Source of the DNA: an uncultured delta proteobacterium
Lineage (GTDB): Bacteria > Desulfobacterota > Binatia > UBA9968
NCBI GenBank assembly: GCA_963760795.1
Contig: CAVXEP010000015.1
Location: 64,001 to 128,000 of the forward strand
DNA length: 64,000 nt
Reading direction: 5' to 3'
Position numbers and translations under genes: made by a program. The notes beneath the pieces were generated by a model that was not told where the DNA came from, made no database searches, and saw only the letters and a program-made list of their open reading frames with translations. Positions 61,748 through 64,000 of this stretch are shown here, in pieces. How positions within the stretch are numbered: position 1 is the stretch's first letter; each line of letters opens with the position of its first letter.

Positions 61748-62188
61748 TTAGCGACATTTAAGCACGGGCGGTTCGCCCGGTGCTAATTTAGATCGATTTA
61801 TCTTCCCCTCGGTCGGCGCCACACAGCCGCACCGCCCGGCAGAAGCCGCATCAGGTTTTTGCACGGTGACGCCTCGGTGGCAAAACAGCTGCAGCAAACG
61901 TTTCAGGGTTACATTTTGAGTTTTAGATTGGCGCCGATAGAGTGCCGCCAACACTCGTTGGCCGAGCGCTTGTATGTAGTTTCTATCCCCCGCGTAGAGA
62001 GTGACCAGGTGGCGGCGATAGCGCAGATTCGTCGGATCCAATGCCACACAATAACGAGCTTCAGACAGAGCATCCTGCATGCGGCCGTTTTGCGCCAAAA
62101 GTTTGCTGAATTGAAACCTGAGCCTTGGTTCAAGCGTCTTCCAACCTGCGTTACCGCCGATAGACTTGCACTCACGGGATGATATCAT
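61748..62188 (-). CDS. Hypothetical protein with a single TPR-like hairpin
   Basis: GRMQDALSEARYCVALDPTNLRYRRHL; fills the gap between divergent genes. Confidence 0.4.
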   Translation of the reverse strand: MISSRECKSIGGNAGWKTLEPRLRFQFSKLLAQNGRMQDALSEARYCVALDPTNLRYRRHLVTLYAGDRNYIQALGQRVLAALYRRQSKTQNVTLKRLLQLFCHRGVTVQKPDAASAGRCGCVAPTEGKINRSKLAPGEPPVLKCR

Positions 62189-62283
62189 CGGGAAACAATG
62201 CAATGCCAATCTACTCAACGCAAGTGAAACATGGATCGGCGCAGTCCAACTCGCTAATATCAAGTAAAAGAGGGCGCTTTATC

Positions 62284-62961
62284 ATGACACAATCGTGGTT
62301 ATCTCTATCACTGCTATTTCTGGCGTTCATATCGACGAACGGCGACGCCCAAGACGCAGCCAAGCGCGATCATCAACGAATGGATCGCCTGCACAATGAT
62401 CCCAAAGCGTACATGAAAGCTTTGGAGGACCCCAAGCGCGATGAATATCAGAAACCTCATGAGGTCCTGAGCGCGCTCAACATCAAGCCCGGCGAAACCA
62501 TCGCCGATATCGGCGCCGGCACGGGCTATTTCACATTCCGCCTGGCCCATCATGTCGGCGACAAAGGCAAAGTCTACGCCGTCGACGTCAGCGCCGACAT
62601 GGTCCGCCACATCAACCGGCGCATCCGCGAAACCAAATCGGCCAACGTCGTCTCCATCCTCGCCGACCTGGACGATCCGCTGCTGCCGGACCAATCGGTC
62701 AATCGCTTCTTCATCTGCGACGTCTGGCACCATGTCGAGAATCAAACGAAATATCTCTCGCTGATGAAGAAGATGCTCAAACCCGGCGGCGAGATCGTCA
62801 TGATCGACTTTCACAAAAAAGAACTCCCCTTCGGCCCGCCGCTGCAAATGAAAATCGCCCGCGAGGATTTGATCAGACAGATGGAAGCCAACGGCTTACG
62901 ACTCAGCAAAGAACACACCTTCCTGCCGCACCAATATTTTCTGGTCTTCATGGTGAAATAA
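62284..62961 (+). CDS. Class I SAM-dependent methyltransferase with signal peptide
   Basis: QKPHEVL, IADIGAGTGYF, VYAVD, LKPGG, FLPHQYFLVF. Confidence 0.9.
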   Translation: MTQSWLSLSLLFLAFISTNGDAQDAAKRDHQRMDRLHNDPKAYMKALEDPKRDEYQKPHEVLSALNIKPGETIADIGAGTGYFTFRLAHHVGDKGKVYAVDVSADMVRHINRRIRETKSANVVSILADLDDPLLPDQSVNRFFICDVWHHVENQTKYLSLMKKMLKPGGEIVMIDFHKKELPFGPPLQMKIAREDLIRQMEANGLRLSKEHTFLPHQYFLVFMVK

Positions 62962-62966
62962 CCGAC

Positions 62967-63015
62967 GGGCGCAGCATGCAGCGCCCCGACAGTTCTCGCA
63001 GGGGCGATTTGCATG
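62967..63015. repeat. Degenerate GTAG-type REP units between convergent genes
   Basis: gggcgcagcatgcagcgccccgac and gcaggggcg.. Confidence 0.45.
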
Positions 63016-63074
63016 CGTTCTCTTCTCTGCGTGCCATATGCCCTGAACGCCCTGAGCGCCGTCGAAGGATGCGG

Positions 63075-64000
63075 CTATTTCTCCCTGATTCCGTAGAATT
63101 GGATCGCATTCTCATACAAGATCGCGCCTTTTTCCGCTTCCGACAGTTCGCCATTTTCAATCAACTCGTTCAACTCTTTCTTGCAGGTCGCGGCGTTGAC
63201 CTCATGTGGAAAGTCGCTCGAATACATGAATGGCTCGTTGCCGACCATCTGCACTGCTTTACCGATTAACGGCTCGCCGCCTTCGCAGCCGACGAAGATG
63301 CGCCGCGCTTTGACATGGCGGATGATGTAGTCGCTGACTTTCTCACCGGGCTGTAGTCTTAAATAACTGCCGCGCAAATCGCGCATCACATGAGTATCGT
63401 AGGATCGATCGAAGCGTTCCAGGCAGAAAAGCAACCAGGCGACGCCGCCTTCGAGAAAGCCGAAACGAATCTTCGGGAACCTCTCCAGGACTCCGTTGAA
63501 GACCAGCGACGCCAGCGAGATCATTTGTCCCAACGGATGGCCAATGGCGTGTACCGCCGCGTAGGGATCGAGGCCGTCCATACCCATGTTGCCATGCACA
63601 CCGCCATGGATGGCGACGCAGCAACCGAGTTCATTGGCAGCTTGATAAACCGGGAAATAGGTCGGCGTACCCAGCGGCGGCGCGTGCAAACTATTCGACG
63701 GCAGCACTGCGCCGCACATGCCGAGCTTGATCACAGCACGGCTAAGCTCATCGGCCGCCGCGCGCGCATTGATCAGCGATTGCGGCAAGAGCGCTAGACC
63801 GCAAAAACGCGGACTATGCTGTAAATAGGTCTCGTACATCCAATCGTTGTATGCCCGCGTAGCATCGACCGCCCAGTCGGGATTGACGATATTCGCCGAG
63901 GCCACGCCCGCGGTCGGATAGAGCACCGTCGTGTCGATGCCGACTTCGTCCAAGAACGCCAACCACTCCTGCGGCCCGACTTTGCGGTTAAACGCCCCCG
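63075..64000 (-). CDS. Amidohydrolase_2 family protein; 5' truncated by the window
   Basis: VLYPT, AYNDW, IHGG, GVLERFP.IRFGFLEGG..W, YSSDFPHE. Confidence 0.92.
   Translation of the reverse strand, partial: GAFNRKVGPQEWLAFLDEVGIDTTVLYPTAGVASANIVNPDWAVDATRAYNDWMYETYLQHSPRFCGLALLPQSLINARAAADELSRAVIKLGMCGAVLPSNSLHAPPLGTPTYFPVYQAANELGCCVAIHGGVHGNMGMDGLDPYAAVHAIGHPLGQMISLASLVFNGVLERFPKIRFGFLEGGVAWLLFCLERFDRSYDTHVMRDLRGSYLRLQPGEKVSDYIIRHVKARRIFVGCEGGEPLIGKAVQMVGNEPFMYSSDFPHEVNAATCKKELNELIENGELSEAEKGAILYENAIQFYGIREK

Overview
This is a GC-rich bacterial chromosomal window with no rRNA, tRNA, CRISPR, phage or transposase genes. The gene content suggests a Ca. Binatia / 'Deltaproteobacteria'-type organism (inference from many NitT/TauT and ABC_sub_bind solute-binding proteins, UbiD paralogs, futalosine-type mqnL-mqnP and an amidohydrolase). 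About ten genes, including nadE and fabI, carry single-base frameshifts that are most likely long-read errors. From left to right the window holds: the ligA 3' end, an RRM protein, acyP, rsmI and a two-subunit NAD synthetase; a 74-codon glutaredoxin-like gene with two in-frame TGA codons, each followed by a SECIS-like hairpin (absent from the ORF track); amgK-murU; a prenyltransferase-repeat protein plus Tat DUF362 lipoprotein; sodC and a ZIP transporter; an ~11 kb GT2/GT-C/TPR/LtaS-like glycosylation island; mqnL-mqnP-tauE; twin TPR lipoproteins, a porin and an extended BamD; an RND efflux operon; a ~16 kb island with a Mo-hydroxylase, two UbiDs, an LLM oxidoreductase, DUF1989 and NitT/TauT ABC transporters; an MBL hydrolase plus rhodanese, fabI, PduO and other housekeeping genes. 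Intergenic regions contain many 7-9-nt-period tandem arrays, often arranged as foldbacks. A 23-24-nt element occurs three times, each time nested inside another repeat and once inside the Mo-enzyme coding sequence.
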